64,000 bases of DNA, taken from contig OZ244744.1 of NCBI GenBank assembly GCA_965219455.1, forward strand, positions 4,160,001 to 4,224,000. Direction: 5' to 3'. Of the stretch, positions 17,920 to 28,411 are shown piece by piece (positions within the stretch are counted from its first letter, which is position 1; the number at the start of each line of letters is the position of its first letter). This DNA is from Candidatus Latescibacterota bacterium. GTDB lineage: Bacteria > Latescibacterota > UBA2968 > GCA-2709665. Position numbers and translations under genes: made by a program. The notes beneath the pieces are model-generated. The model was not told the origin of the DNA. It made no database searches and saw only the letters and a program-made list of their open reading frames with translations.

Positions 17920-20439
17920 TTATCGCGATACCTCGATGCACACAGGCCCGCTGTCTGTCTGTCCCGGCAGCCGGGTCTGTATGCGATCCCCCGATCGCGA
18001 TCCGTCCTGCGGGATGTCGATACATATTTCGGTATCGCGGCCCGTTCTGTATACAGGCTGGCCTCCCAGAGTTTCGTAGGCCACCGGTGGACAGGTTACC
18101 AGTTGGATCGATTCGTCCTTGAAGACGGCCGACAGTGTTACGGGCCGCCCCGACCTGATGCGGAGTCCGCCGGCACTGAATTCCGTCGCGTGGACCAGTA
18201 TAACGCTCCGCGGCCGCCCGGCAGGATCGCGGGAAATTGAGGCGAAGCGCCCATCCAGCAAAAGACCTTCGGGCCCTGAACCGGAACCGTAGATCGCATG
18301 GCGCTTACCACCGTCCGCGTGCGCGATTTGGATGATGGTTGCGGCCTCGCCCGGGAGAGTCCGGATGTCGGTAGCCAGGGGTTTGTCGACGTAGGCCTCG
18401 TGAACCGCAACAAAGGGCGCATCCGTGCATTGATGGCGAACCATGAGGCTGTGTCTGCCGGGGTCCGGATACGTGTCCAGAAGGAATGCGATCTGCCCCG
18501 GCGAACCCGACACCGTAACCCTGGAAAACAAGCTTCTTCGTCTGCCGTGGTGAGAGGATTCGGGTTCGCCCGGTATACGCCACGTTGCGGCAAAAGCCTC
18601 CTCCGCCAGACCTTCCTTGTATTCCTGTTCGCCCCGCATCACATAAAGCGCCGGGTCGAATGCGGTTCGGTCGTTCATAGCGAGCCGGATCTCTGGCGTC
18701 TCTCCGATACCGTGGTAAAACCAGTCGTGTTTTTTCCCTCCCTGGACGCGGAAGATATCCAGTAGATACCTGTCGAACTGGCAAACGATCCGCCTGTAGA
18801 ACTCCGTCTGCTCATAAATACCGTCTCCGTGGGCCTCGGCTACCTGGCCTGCCGGAAGATCGACGAATGAATGGATGTACGGAATCTGTTCATTCTTGAG
18901 TTGGTCCCCGTGAACCTGGGACGTTTCATCGACGGTTACGGTATTATGGGCGTATGACGCCCCACTGTATATACGCTGGTCGGGATCTTCGTAGCGGGTG
19001 CGTTTCTCGCCGGTCAGCATCCGGTCGTGCGAGTAGGTGATGAGATTCAGTCGATCCGCGTGGGCGTGTCCCGATCCCGGCAGGAGCGCGTTCAGGCCGG
19101 CGTAGAGGCGGTTGCCGTCGGCTTCCCGTTTCAATGCCACGTACCCGCTGGAGAGGTTGGCGCTCCGGTAGGGTACAGGTTTCTTCTCAATGGTGTCTGC
19201 GCCGAACAGGAGTCCGGTCAATCCTCTGTCACCCTCCCGAAGTTCGCGGTACGAGCCCGCTTCATCAACGTTCAGGTAGCGATATCCGATTTCGGCCGTA
19301 AGCGGATAGCTGGCAAGACTCGCGCGCCCTCCCATATCTCCTGTTGGCGCTACAGTCAGGTCCGGAAATGCCTGGGCCGTGAACCATTTGATGGCGCGCC
19401 GCACGGCACGGTAACTGGAGTTTCCGGGGTCCAAACCGTCATAGATCTGCGGCGGGAACAGGTCCGGCATCTGGCGCGACAGCCTGTGGCCGAGTACAAG
19501 TGCGCGGCAGTTCGGACCGAGCGCATACAGATGGTAGGCGCTGCATAGACCCCAGAATCCCCCGTCTGCCAGATAGTTGTTCAGGGTGAGCCAACGCATG
19601 CCGCAGTGGTTGGGGCGCCGTTCGGAAGCGTAATTCCGGTGCCCGAAAGCCCAATCCACGTAGTCCGCGCTTTCGATGGCGCAGCCGACCATCGCTACCG
19701 AACTGAGATAGGCGTACATGCCGTTGTGCCGAGGGCTGCTGTCCTCCTCAACCCGGAACACCCCGTCCGCCCAGTGTTGGAGCAGATTCCGCCGGATCTG
19801 CCGGTGTTCCCTGGGCGTAAAGAGGCCGTCCGTGGATCTCAGCAGTTCGTAGGCTTCCGCCAATGCAAGGACGATGACGCAATCGCCCTCCATGTTATAG
19901 GTCCAGATCACATGCTGGGTGCCGCTTCCTTGCACAGGCAGGGATTTGATATGTTTCGCGAATAGCTTCAGGATCCCGGCGCTTCTTTCGGCGTATGTGC
20001 GATCCATATCGAGAGCGTACAACAGCGCAAGGTTTTGTGCCGCGGTTGCCATCGCCTGGATGTAGTAGCAGCCCCAGCCTTCGTATAGGGTCCCTGCGTA
20101 TTTGCCGGTCAGATGTACCGCCTTGGATTGCTGACTTAGCGCGTGGGCTTCGTCGCACCGCTGGCACATGACTTCGCGATCGTTGAATGGATCAAACCTG
20201 AGCCTTTCCTGGCACACAGGACACATCAGCAGCCAGTATACCTGCATCTTCCGCTTCGGCATCAGCGACTCGATCCGGTCGAGGGATTGCGCCAGCCAGG
20301 GCTGCACACTCTCCGTCAACTCGTCCACGGCCTTTTTCGCCCAGTCATGGGATCGAATCTTCTGCCTGGCCTCTTCCAGGGTTGCCACATCCACGAATCC
20401 GGCCGGATGTATCCATTGCTGCGTATCGACGTCATCCAT
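17920..20439 (-). CDS. Heparinase II/III-like (polysaccharide lyase) protein, no evident signal peptide
   Basis: 'GHAHADRLN', 'YAHNTVTVDE', 'YLLDIFRVQGG..HDW.YHG'; ATG at 20439 preceded by AAAGGAGG; N-terminal CPVC-x15-CQRC. Confidence 0.75.
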   Translation of the reverse strand: MDDVDTQQWIHPAGFVDVATLEEARQKIRSHDWAKKAVDELTESVQPWLAQSLDRIESLMPKRKMQVYWLLMCPVCQERLRFDPFNDREVMCQRCDEAHALSQQSKAVHLTGKYAGTLYEGWGCYYIQAMATAAQNLALLYALDMDRTYAERSAGILKLFAKHIKSLPVQGSGTQHVIWTYNMEGDCVIVLALAEAYELLRSTDGLFTPREHRQIRRNLLQHWADGVFRVEEDSSPRHNGMYAYLSSVAMVGCAIESADYVDWAFGHRNYASERRPNHCGMRWLTLNNYLADGGFWGLCSAYHLYALGPNCRALVLGHRLSRQMPDLFPPQIYDGLDPGNSSYRAVRRAIKWFTAQAFPDLTVAPTGDMGGRASLASYPLTAEIGYRYLNVDEAGSYRELREGDRGLTGLLFGADTIEKKPVPYRSANLSSGYVALKREADGNRLYAGLNALLPGSGHAHADRLNLITYSHDRMLTGEKRTRYEDPDQRIYSGASYAHNTVTVDETSQVHGDQLKNEQIPYIHSFVDLPAGQVAEAHGDGIYEQTEFYRRIVCQFDRYLLDIFRVQGGKKHDWFYHGIGETPEIRLAMNDRTAFDPALYVMRGEQEYKEGLAEEAFAATWRIPGEPESSHHGRRRSLFSRVTVSGSPGQIAFLLDTYPDPGRHSLMVRHQCTDAPFVAVHEAYVDKPLATDIRTLPGEAATIIQIAHADGGKRHAIYGSGSGPEGLLLDGRFASISRDPAGRPRSVILVHATEFSAGGLRIRSGRPVTLSAVFKDESIQLVTCPPVAYETLGGQPVYRTGRDTEICIDIPQDGSRSGDRIQTRLPGQTDSGPVCIEVSR

Positions 20440-20632
20440 CCTGCCACCTCCTTTGTTCTCAAACGCCTTTTCCGGCTTTCCCATTCGGAAACAAGATAAC
20501 ATTCGCGTGCCTCTCTGAAAGGTTTTTTCGGTCTTGGGTCGGGACCCTTCGAAGGGATTTTGCACGTGAAGGATGTTTGTATATATTCCGGTAGGTTGGG
20601 CCAATAGCGAACCATACTCCGGAGGAATCGAG

Positions 20633-21442
20633 ATGGGCATGACGGATGAAGAGAAGTTTCGGTTTGATCTGACGGGCTTTCTGGTGCGTCCTGCCATTCT
20701 GAATCAGGATGAAATTGAATCCATTGTCGAGCAGATTGATCGCATCGTACACGATCCGGACTCACTGCCGCCCGAACATCGAACGGTTCCAGGGGGGCCG
20801 TCTAGCGTGTTGATCGATCACCCGAAAGTCGTGGAGGTCTTGCACGAGATTATTGGTCCCGAGATTCGAATGGAAGGTTGTTACTGCGCATGGCGTAATA
20901 AAGGGGAGTCCCACGGCGGGGGGCTTCATGGAGGCGGGCCCAGCCAGATTGATCCGATATTTGGGTACCGTTGCCAGAACGGGCGGATTCACGCGGGGAT
21001 GGTGCGCGTGGTTTTCGAGTTGACGGATGTGCAACCGGAAGATGGGGCCACGCATTTCATCGTCGGCAGCCATAAGGCGAATTTTGAAATGCATCCTGAT
21101 CACCTCTCGATGGAGCCGGGTGAGAGAAGCCCCTTCTTGATGGGATATGGGTGCCCGGCCGGCAGCGCCGTATTTTTTACCGAAAATGTGTGCCACGTTG
21201 GGCCCGAGTGGACCCGCGATACACCACGTATTGCCGTCCTGCACGCCTATTCGCACCTGGCAACACACTGGCACCGGCTGCGTGTGCCTCCGGAAGTGCT
21301 GGACGGCCTGCCGCGAGAGAAGCAAGCCTATTTTCGTGAACCGTGGATTGCCGATTTTCGTACCCGGCCGGCAACTCGGAATACCGTGGACCATTACCTG
21401 AGTTCGGGGGATCCAACGATGCGCACTGCTGTCGGGGACTGA
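20633..21442 (+). CDS. PhyH-family Fe(II)/2OG enzyme with HxG iron site
   Basis: 'KFRFDLTGFLV', 'LHGGG', 'GATHFIVGSHKANF', distal 'ENVCHVG', 2OG-binding Arg in 'PRIAVL'; GGAGG RBS. Confidence 0.85.
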   Translation: MGMTDEEKFRFDLTGFLVRPAILNQDEIESIVEQIDRIVHDPDSLPPEHRTVPGGPSSVLIDHPKVVEVLHEIIGPEIRMEGCYCAWRNKGESHGGGLHGGGPSQIDPIFGYRCQNGRIHAGMVRVVFELTDVQPEDGATHFIVGSHKANFEMHPDHLSMEPGERSPFLMGYGCPAGSAVFFTENVCHVGPEWTRDTPRIAVLHAYSHLATHWHRLRVPPEVLDGLPREKQAYFREPWIADFRTRPATRNTVDHYLSSGDPTMRTAVGD

Positions 21443-21579
21443 GAGGATTTCTTGTCACGTCTCCCGACGCGTGGAGACCGCGCGGCGGAGCGAAAGGTGC
21501 ACGTTGTCTCGAACCCCTGCGACGGTGTGAGTCGTGGGTCGTAAAAAGGGCTGGCAGCAAAAGACATGGAGCGAGAGCG

Positions 21580-22449
21580 ATGGAAGATTATTCACACGTT
21601 GAGAAGCCTGATCTCGGATATCGGTACGAGTTTGGCATTGAGAATCTGGACGCAATGAGCGAATGTCTGGAGGTGCATGGGTTTGCAATCATCAAGGATG
21701 TGCTGCCTCCGGAACGGGTTGAGAAGCTCAAGCAGGCGGTGTATGACGGCACCGATCCGGAGAGCACGCTGGCGCCGGGTCAGAGCCGTACACGCCATGC
21801 GTGGATCGAGTCCGGGCCGGGAGCATGGACGCTTCTGGAGCATGAGCCGTTCATGGATATTCATCGGCATTTGATCGGTACGGATGAGCTGACCGTGCAT
21901 CGATCGGCCGCTATAATCCGGATTCCGGGGTCTCAGTCTGTGGCATGGCATACGGATTGGTGCGGATATTCGACGGAGATCAAGAATTCGGGTGATATTT
22001 TGAATCGCGGCCTCTGGCCGTCGGGCAAGTGGTTTTATCTGACGGGATCGCGTCCGGTTCATGGCGGATTGTGTGTCATTGAGGATTCCCATGTGGAAGA
22101 TTGGGAAGGGCCGGAGGGGTTCAGAATGACGGCGGACAGGCGGTCGTTTTACCCCGAGGGCGAGGAAGAGCGACCTTATGCCGGGTTTGAAATTCCCGGG
22201 CTTATGCCGCTGTTTACACAGGGCGGGGATATGATTGTATTTGCTCACCGGACGTACCATGGCGCGTTTCCCAACCGGCTGGAGGAGGTAAGACTGTCGT
22301 GTGCCATCGGGTTCAGAGACCGCAAGCACAGAATTGAGGTACCGTGGAAGATCCCGCAGTCGGGTAGATGGTTTCTGGAGAATCTGCCGGGCCATTTACA
22401 GAAATATACGCATGACTATACCAGTATCGACATCGATTGGCGCGGATAA
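21580..22449 (+). CDS. PhyH-family Fe(II)/2OG dioxygenase with canonical HxD
   Basis: 'HGFAIIKDVL', 'AWHTDW', 'GGLCVIEDSH', 'RTYHGAFPN....RLS'; ATG at 21580. Confidence 0.85.
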   Translation: MEDYSHVEKPDLGYRYEFGIENLDAMSECLEVHGFAIIKDVLPPERVEKLKQAVYDGTDPESTLAPGQSRTRHAWIESGPGAWTLLEHEPFMDIHRHLIGTDELTVHRSAAIIRIPGSQSVAWHTDWCGYSTEIKNSGDILNRGLWPSGKWFYLTGSRPVHGGLCVIEDSHVEDWEGPEGFRMTADRRSFYPEGEEERPYAGFEIPGLMPLFTQGGDMIVFAHRTYHGAFPNRLEEVRLSCAIGFRDRKHRIEVPWKIPQSGRWFLENLPGHLQKYTHDYTSIDIDWRG

Positions 22450-22512
22450 CGCTCAACCGGCATTGTTGCTCAGAATTTTCCTGTTTAATGCCGGATTGGG
22501 CAGAGGTGTGAT

Positions 22513-23421
22513 TTGAGGACGGTCTACGTGCTGCTGACGATGGACTGCGAGACCGCCAGATCAGACCTGACGCCCTACGCAATCCGGATGTCGGCCAGCG
22601 GCCCGGTTGACTATCGAGAAAGCGGACGGTCGATCCGCGCCTATGTCGAAACGGCAGCCTCGAATGGGTTTCCGGTGACGCTCTTCGCGCATCCGGAAGT
22701 CGCGTCGGAGAATACGGAACTGCTTCTCGAACTGCGGGAGCAAGGCGCGTGTCTGGGGTTGCATCTGCATCCGTACAAGTTTAAAGGCGGTAAATATAAA
22801 TATGACCTTGGGGCGTATTCCGCCGGAGAACAGTCACGGATCGTCAGCGAGGCGATGCAGGTGTGGGAATCCGCGCTGCGTAGCCCGCCTCGTTACTTCA
22901 GGGCGGGCTACTTTTCGGCCAATAACGAGACGTTTCGTGTGCTGAACGAGTTGGGGTTTGCAGGCGGCAGCCTCTCAAACCCAGGGCGGGTCCTGCCAGG
23001 GCACCATAGCGTATGGGCCGGCGCGGAGCCCTACCCCCATCGGGCGGATCTGGAATGTCGTTTGACGCGAGGGACCAGCGAGTTTGTCAACGTGCCTGTG
23101 TCCGGTGCTTTTGGCAGGCCAGTTAAAAGGGGCCATGCAGGCGAGCGGGGCTATGAATGGCCCTATGTGCCGCATAAGTACCCCCACGGGGAAGTAATCC
23201 GGGATGTGCTGGATCGTTTTTCGACCGAGTTGCCGCGGTTTGGCACCATTGTGGCGGATAGCCACAACGATCAGGACTATTCCGATCCCGAGCATCCCGC
23301 ACGGCGAAACCTGGAGGTTATAATCAGATCCATTCGGGATATCTGCAAACAGATGGAGATGCGCGCCGTCGGGGTCACGCTGGATGCCCTGTGTGATCGC
23401 GTCCTGGCGCACGGGGCTTGA
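22513..23421 (+). CDS. Polysaccharide deacetylase (CE4/NodB-like) family protein
   Basis: 'LLTMDCE', 'GFPVTLF', 'LGLHLHP', 'YFRAG'. Confidence 0.65.
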   Translation: MRTVYVLLTMDCETARSDLTPYAIRMSASGPVDYRESGRSIRAYVETAASNGFPVTLFAHPEVASENTELLLELREQGACLGLHLHPYKFKGGKYKYDLGAYSAGEQSRIVSEAMQVWESALRSPPRYFRAGYFSANNETFRVLNELGFAGGSLSNPGRVLPGHHSVWAGAEPYPHRADLECRLTRGTSEFVNVPVSGAFGRPVKRGHAGERGYEWPYVPHKYPHGEVIRDVLDRFSTELPRFGTIVADSHNDQDYSDPEHPARRNLEVIIRSIRDICKQMEMRAVGVTLDALCDRVLAHGA

Positions 23422-23484
23422 GCCAGATCCTGATATTCCGGCCTGAAGGTAAAGATTGGACGCTTTTTCGAAAGGGAGGAGACC

Positions 23485-24306
23485 ATGCGAATCGATTCTC
23501 ACGTGCACGTGTGGACCATGGGGTCGCCGCCGTTCACCCACAACGACGAAATGGCAACCCAGCGGCCGGAATATCCGGGTCTGGTCGAGGATCTCATCAG
23601 GTTTATGGATCTGAACGGCATCGACCGCACCGTACTCATTCAGTGCATGTATCACGGATATGACAATAGTTATATGTGTGACTCTATGCGACGATTTCCG
23701 GACCGTCTGCACGGGGTGGCGTTGATCGATCCCTTGAAAGCGGGCGCGGCTGAGAAGCTGGAACGCCTGCACAGCGAACATGGGGTACAGGGGATGCGGT
23801 TGTATCCGGTAAAGGATAAGGATGCGTCCTGGTTGTCTCGTGACGATCAGACAACGCTATGGGTGACGGCCCGAAGGCTGCGGGTTCCTTTCACATGGTT
23901 TGGCCGCTGCCATCAGATTCCGTTGCTGGAACCGATGTTGCAGCGCTTTCCAGAGGTGAATGTGATCGTGGATCACCTCGGCGAGCCATTTCTTTCAGAG
24001 GGGTTGGACGGGAGTTTCCGGCTCCTGCTGGAGGCGGCGAAATACCCGAATCTCTTCGTGAAAGCCACGCGGATCGACGGGATATCGGCGAAGCCTTGGC
24101 CGCACGAGGACGTTTATCCCTATGTCAAGGCCGTGTACGAGGCGTTCGGGTCCCGGCGGATGCTGGGGTGTACGGGATTTCCGGAGGATCCTCAGCGTGG
24201 CGAGGCTGTTGGTTTCCGTGTCGTTGAGGAAGCGATGGATTTTCTGTCGGATGATGACAAAGCATGGATCTTAGGTAAGACAGCGGATTCGCTCTACGGC
24301 CACTGA
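23485..24306 (+). CDS. Amidohydrolase_2 family metallohydrolase
   Basis: 'IDSHVHVW', 'YDNSY', 'VIVDHLG', 'FGSRRMLG'. Confidence 0.85.
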   Translation: MRIDSHVHVWTMGSPPFTHNDEMATQRPEYPGLVEDLIRFMDLNGIDRTVLIQCMYHGYDNSYMCDSMRRFPDRLHGVALIDPLKAGAAEKLERLHSEHGVQGMRLYPVKDKDASWLSRDDQTTLWVTARRLRVPFTWFGRCHQIPLLEPMLQRFPEVNVIVDHLGEPFLSEGLDGSFRLLLEAAKYPNLFVKATRIDGISAKPWPHEDVYPYVKAVYEAFGSRRMLGCTGFPEDPQRGEAVGFRVVEEAMDFLSDDDKAWILGKTADSLYGH

Positions 24307-24323
24307 GTCAAGGAGAAACCGAA

Positions 24324-27311
24324 ATGAAACGGACAAATATCGCGGGTCTGGGGTCCGTGGCAGGAGTGGTTGGTGTGGCGATACTCGGCGTACCATCGTC
24401 GACGTTCGACATGGGGTCTTCGAGAATCGAAACGTATGTGTTTTTGTTGTCCCTCGTGGTTTTTCTGCTGGCGGGGTTCAAGAGCGCCCAGGCTGGACCG
24501 CGCACGATGTACAAACCGCGGGATATCGAAAATGCTCGACGGAACCTGGCGCGCTACGGCTGGGCGAAGGAAATCGTGGAGGGATGGGAGCGGGACGTTG
24601 CGTTGGCGATGCGGCAGGATCGGGCGTTTTTCCATGCGCTGATTCCGGAGTTGACTCCCGGGACCCACTACGGTCAGAACTGCCCCCACTGTGTGGGTAC
24701 GCGGTCGCTGATGGGCGGCGGGCATTTTACCTGGAAGATTGACAGTCCGGACGAAATCACCTGCAGCTCCTGCGGGACGGTGTATCCGAACGCGCGGTAT
24801 GCGGAAACCGGCGTTCTCGAATGCCCGCGCATGGGTCAGCGGTTTACTTACTACCGGACGCCGGAGGAAGTGGCCGATCCGGAGAATCGGGCGGAGCATG
24901 CTCTAAAGTGGCTTGGGGACCGACCCACGATGACGAGTTTCAGCGGTCATATTCGAGACTGCAAGGTGGGCTGGGCCACGGCCCAGGCGTTGACGCTGGC
25001 AAAGCTCTACGCCGTCACGGGGGAGATCGGATACGCACAGCGGGCGGCATGGATTCTGGATCGGATTGCCCGTGTGTTCCCGAACTATCTCTATCATTCT
25101 TACGACGGCAGCATTGCGGATCTACCGCCTGCGGAGGTGGCTGCCAATATGGGCAGAGCGGAGGAGGCGGGTGGACCTCACGGGGGACGTTTCCCGAGGG
25201 GCGCGATTCGCCATGCGTACGGGTTGCACCAGTTTAAAGATTATTCTACGATGAACAATGGGTTCTGGGGCGCCGGCCGGATGAGCGTACATGGGAAGGG
25301 AAGCGACGCCGGGGCGTTGATTGCATTGACGGTTGCCTTTGATTTGATTCGCGGCGCGGAACACCCGGACGGTCGTCCGCTGCTCGGTGAAGAGCCGGAA
25401 CGCCGGATTCTGGAGGATCTTATTCTGGCCGGGTGTGTGGATATGGAACATTGGAATTCTCTCAGCAACAAGGGGACGGCAGTCTTTGCGTTGATCGCCG
25501 CGGTGGGGATGCTTCTGGAACAGCCTGAGAGAGTCCGGCGTGCGCTGGACGGTTTTCACCGAATGCTGGAAGAACGCTACCACCACGACGGGTTCTACGC
25601 GGAGTCGCCCTCATACGGGGCCCACAATCTTGCGAACATGTACGAGCTCACCGATCTGCTGCAGGGATACAGCGACCCGCCCGGATATCGTCCGGGCGAT
25701 GGTGAGCGGATCACACGTCTGGATCTGTTTTCCAGCGGCCGCTTCCATCTCTCCCTGCTGTCTCAGGTGCGGATGTTGGCCCCAGGTAATCGGATGCCGG
25801 TGATCGGGGACACACGTTACGATACCGGAGCGGATCTTCTTTCGGTTGACATGCTTGCCGCCCGTTTGGGTGGTGCCTATGCCGGACTGCTGGAAAGTGT
25901 CCAGGGCGGGAAACTCTCCGAAAAGGGCACCGAATACGCGCTGTGGTACCGGCCGTACGGTCTTAAAGCCGAATTGGCGGTGCTGCCGCTGCGCTCCGAG
26001 TGGTTCCCGGGCTGGCACGTGGGCGTGCTGCGAGGCGCTCGGAAGGCACAAGACACGGCCCTGTTCCTGAATGGCAATGAACATCAGTGGACCGTGCAGA
26101 CCGGTCACCGACAGCAGGATGTACTGAGCTTGAGCATCTATGCCTATGGAGAGGAACTGGCATCGGACCGGGGCTACTTCTCCGGAAGCCGCCAGCTCTT
26201 GCCAGACGGTCGAAGCGGTCAGGTCTGGACGAAGAGCAGTTTTTCGCATAACCTGGTGGTCGTGGATGAAGAGGAACAGGCGACACGGGCGTGTGGCACC
26301 AATCTGGAGCTGTTCGGTCAGGCGCCCGGCATCGAAGTCGTGCAGGCATCGGGTGTGAACGTGTACCCCCAGTGCGAGGAGTATCGACGCACGTGCGTGA
26401 TGGTGACCACACCTGAGGGACAGGTCTATATTTTGGATCTCTTCAGGGTTAAAGGAGGGCGGACCCACCAGTACAACTTCCACTGCAACGGTTCGCCGAT
26501 CGAATTCCGGCCGGCGGAGCCTGCCCCGCAGCCCACCGAGGTGTCGGATGCATGGGGTACGTGGCTCGAGAATACGCACGGGACGTCGCCGGAAGAACCG
26601 ACCACATTTACCTGGCAATTCAGGGATGTGAATCTGGATTTGACACTCCTCAATACACCGGAACGGATCGTGATCGGCGATGCTCCGGGATGGCGGGTTT
26701 CGACGACTGATGAGTTGAAGAAACCAGCGATCAGGCAGATTTTCGCGGAGAACAGGGCCGGGGTTGGCAATGCGGATCTTGCCAGCCGGTATGCCGCCGT
26801 GGTCGCGCCCTACAAATCCGGAGGGTCACCGGTGGTTGGGGCGAGGTTGCTGGAAGATGATCCGGATTCCGGCGTTCTTGCGGCTGAGGTAAAGCTGGCT
26901 GGGCGGACCGATTATATCATCTCAACACTGGATCAGATCGAGCGCAAGGTGGGCCCGGTGACTGTAGCCGGACAGTTTGCCTTTGTGTCGGTGGACGATC
27001 GGGGGGCAGCCCTTCAGGGCTATCTGCTGAACGGCACGACACTGAAGTGCGGCGACTTACAGATTTCGCGTGGGGAGCCAAACACGACTTTGAAGGTGCA
27101 GTCGGTGGAGGACCGGACGTTCCACCTTGCCGACCCGTTGCCGGACCCGCAGGGTGTCGTCGGCTCCTATTTACTGGCCGGTGGGGAGCCCCAAACGGGT
27201 TTCGAGATTGAATCTGCCACGGAAAACGCGATTACGGTCAGAGACTATCCTGCGATTCCAACCGAGACGATAACAATTTTGAATTCCGGTTGGGCAGATA
27301 CGCAAGGTTGA
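24324..27311 (+). CDS. Secreted heparinase II/III-like protein
   Basis: Hydrophobic N-terminus; CPHC-x23-CSSC; 'DGFYAESPSYG', 'GHRQQDVLSL', 'SHNLVVVDE', 'YILDLFRVKGG..HQY.FH'; AAGGAG RBS. Confidence 0.8.
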   Translation: MKRTNIAGLGSVAGVVGVAILGVPSSTFDMGSSRIETYVFLLSLVVFLLAGFKSAQAGPRTMYKPRDIENARRNLARYGWAKEIVEGWERDVALAMRQDRAFFHALIPELTPGTHYGQNCPHCVGTRSLMGGGHFTWKIDSPDEITCSSCGTVYPNARYAETGVLECPRMGQRFTYYRTPEEVADPENRAEHALKWLGDRPTMTSFSGHIRDCKVGWATAQALTLAKLYAVTGEIGYAQRAAWILDRIARVFPNYLYHSYDGSIADLPPAEVAANMGRAEEAGGPHGGRFPRGAIRHAYGLHQFKDYSTMNNGFWGAGRMSVHGKGSDAGALIALTVAFDLIRGAEHPDGRPLLGEEPERRILEDLILAGCVDMEHWNSLSNKGTAVFALIAAVGMLLEQPERVRRALDGFHRMLEERYHHDGFYAESPSYGAHNLANMYELTDLLQGYSDPPGYRPGDGERITRLDLFSSGRFHLSLLSQVRMLAPGNRMPVIGDTRYDTGADLLSVDMLAARLGGAYAGLLESVQGGKLSEKGTEYALWYRPYGLKAELAVLPLRSEWFPGWHVGVLRGARKAQDTALFLNGNEHQWTVQTGHRQQDVLSLSIYAYGEELASDRGYFSGSRQLLPDGRSGQVWTKSSFSHNLVVVDEEEQATRACGTNLELFGQAPGIEVVQASGVNVYPQCEEYRRTCVMVTTPEGQVYILDLFRVKGGRTHQYNFHCNGSPIEFRPAEPAPQPTEVSDAWGTWLENTHGTSPEEPTTFTWQFRDVNLDLTLLNTPERIVIGDAPGWRVSTTDELKKPAIRQIFAENRAGVGNADLASRYAAVVAPYKSGGSPVVGARLLEDDPDSGVLAAEVKLAGRTDYIISTLDQIERKVGPVTVAGQFAFVSVDDRGAALQGYLLNGTTLKCGDLQISRGEPNTTLKVQSVEDRTFHLADPLPDPQGVVGSYLLAGGEPQTGFEIESATENAITVRDYPAIPTETITILNSGWADTQG

Positions 27312-27373
27312 AACACGGGCCGATTCATTCAGGCTCGCAGGCCTTTTGCCGGGATGCATTGGGGAGGGATTTC

Positions 27374-28411
27374 ATGCAGATTTTCGATCGATACGCAGAT
27401 CTCGTGAGATGGACGGAAACAAGAGGATTCAAGCCGACCAACCTTGGATGTGCGCCGGACGGAGCGCCGGTGGTGTGTCTCAGAACAGGAGGCGAGAAGA
27501 TGCCGGCGATATTCATCAGCGCCGGCAGCCATTCGACGGAACAGGCGGGCGTAGGGGCGGCCGCCGGGCTCCTGGACGAATTGGAGACCGAGCATCAGGT
27601 CTATGTGATTCCCAGTCGCGATCCCATGGGGATGAATGGGTACGGGTACGCGCTGAGCTTGAGCCTGGGCGAGGAGCCGGAACTGGGTTCGGTTGAGGAT
27701 GTTCGGGCATTCCTGAAGGCGCGGGGCGAGGTGCTTTACGAACAGGACGGGACGGTTCTTGCGATTATAGGTGAGTACGGGTATTCGACGACGGGTCTTC
27801 TCGGTCGTTTCGAGGTGGGGGCCGATTTTCTGCAACCCCTTTTTGGCAGACGGATCTTCTATCCTTCGAGCGAGGAGGGCATCGAAGGCACGGCGCAATG
27901 CCAGAGAGCCTATACACTGATTGTCAGCCCGGAAGGCGAGGTGTTGCACATCAACCGGTTTCACGATACGCCGTGGGCGCCGGTTGAATCCCGCTGCGTG
28001 CGCAATCTGATGGCGAGGATCCGGCCGGGACTTACGCTGGACCTCCACGAGTATGGAGGAGACGGTTTCTGGTTCTCGGCGCGGCATCAGCAAAATGAAG
28101 ATGACGAATTGTGGGAAAAGCGAATGGCCGATGCGATGATTCGGGCTGTCGCCGGTTCCGGGGCGCAGCTTGCGCCTCAAGGCTATGCGCCCGGTGCGTT
28201 CTTCGAGACGGGTGAACGCGGCGTGCTCTGGCTGATTGCGGCGGAACGCGGCGAAGGGTTGAATCTGGCCGATTACGGGGCGAACAGGTACGGACCCTCG
28301 TTCACGATAGAAACGGGGATGACGATGAAGGGCGGTTACCAGGAGCGAGTGGAAACGTCCATGCTGGCGGCTCGTACAGCGATTTCGGTTTTTGAGGATC
28401 GCTGGCGATGA
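27374..28411 (+). CDS. M14 zinc carboxypeptidase / succinylglutamate desuccinylase-like hydrolase
   Basis: HxxE 'GSHSTE', 'PSRDPMG', 'LDLHE', 'FTIET'; ATG at 27374 after GGAGGG. Confidence 0.7.
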   Translation: MQIFDRYADLVRWTETRGFKPTNLGCAPDGAPVVCLRTGGEKMPAIFISAGSHSTEQAGVGAAAGLLDELETEHQVYVIPSRDPMGMNGYGYALSLSLGEEPELGSVEDVRAFLKARGEVLYEQDGTVLAIIGEYGYSTTGLLGRFEVGADFLQPLFGRRIFYPSSEEGIEGTAQCQRAYTLIVSPEGEVLHINRFHDTPWAPVESRCVRNLMARIRPGLTLDLHEYGGDGFWFSARHQQNEDDELWEKRMADAMIRAVAGSGAQLAPQGYAPGAFFETGERGVLWLIAAERGEGLNLADYGANRYGPSFTIETGMTMKGGYQERVETSMLAARTAISVFEDRWR

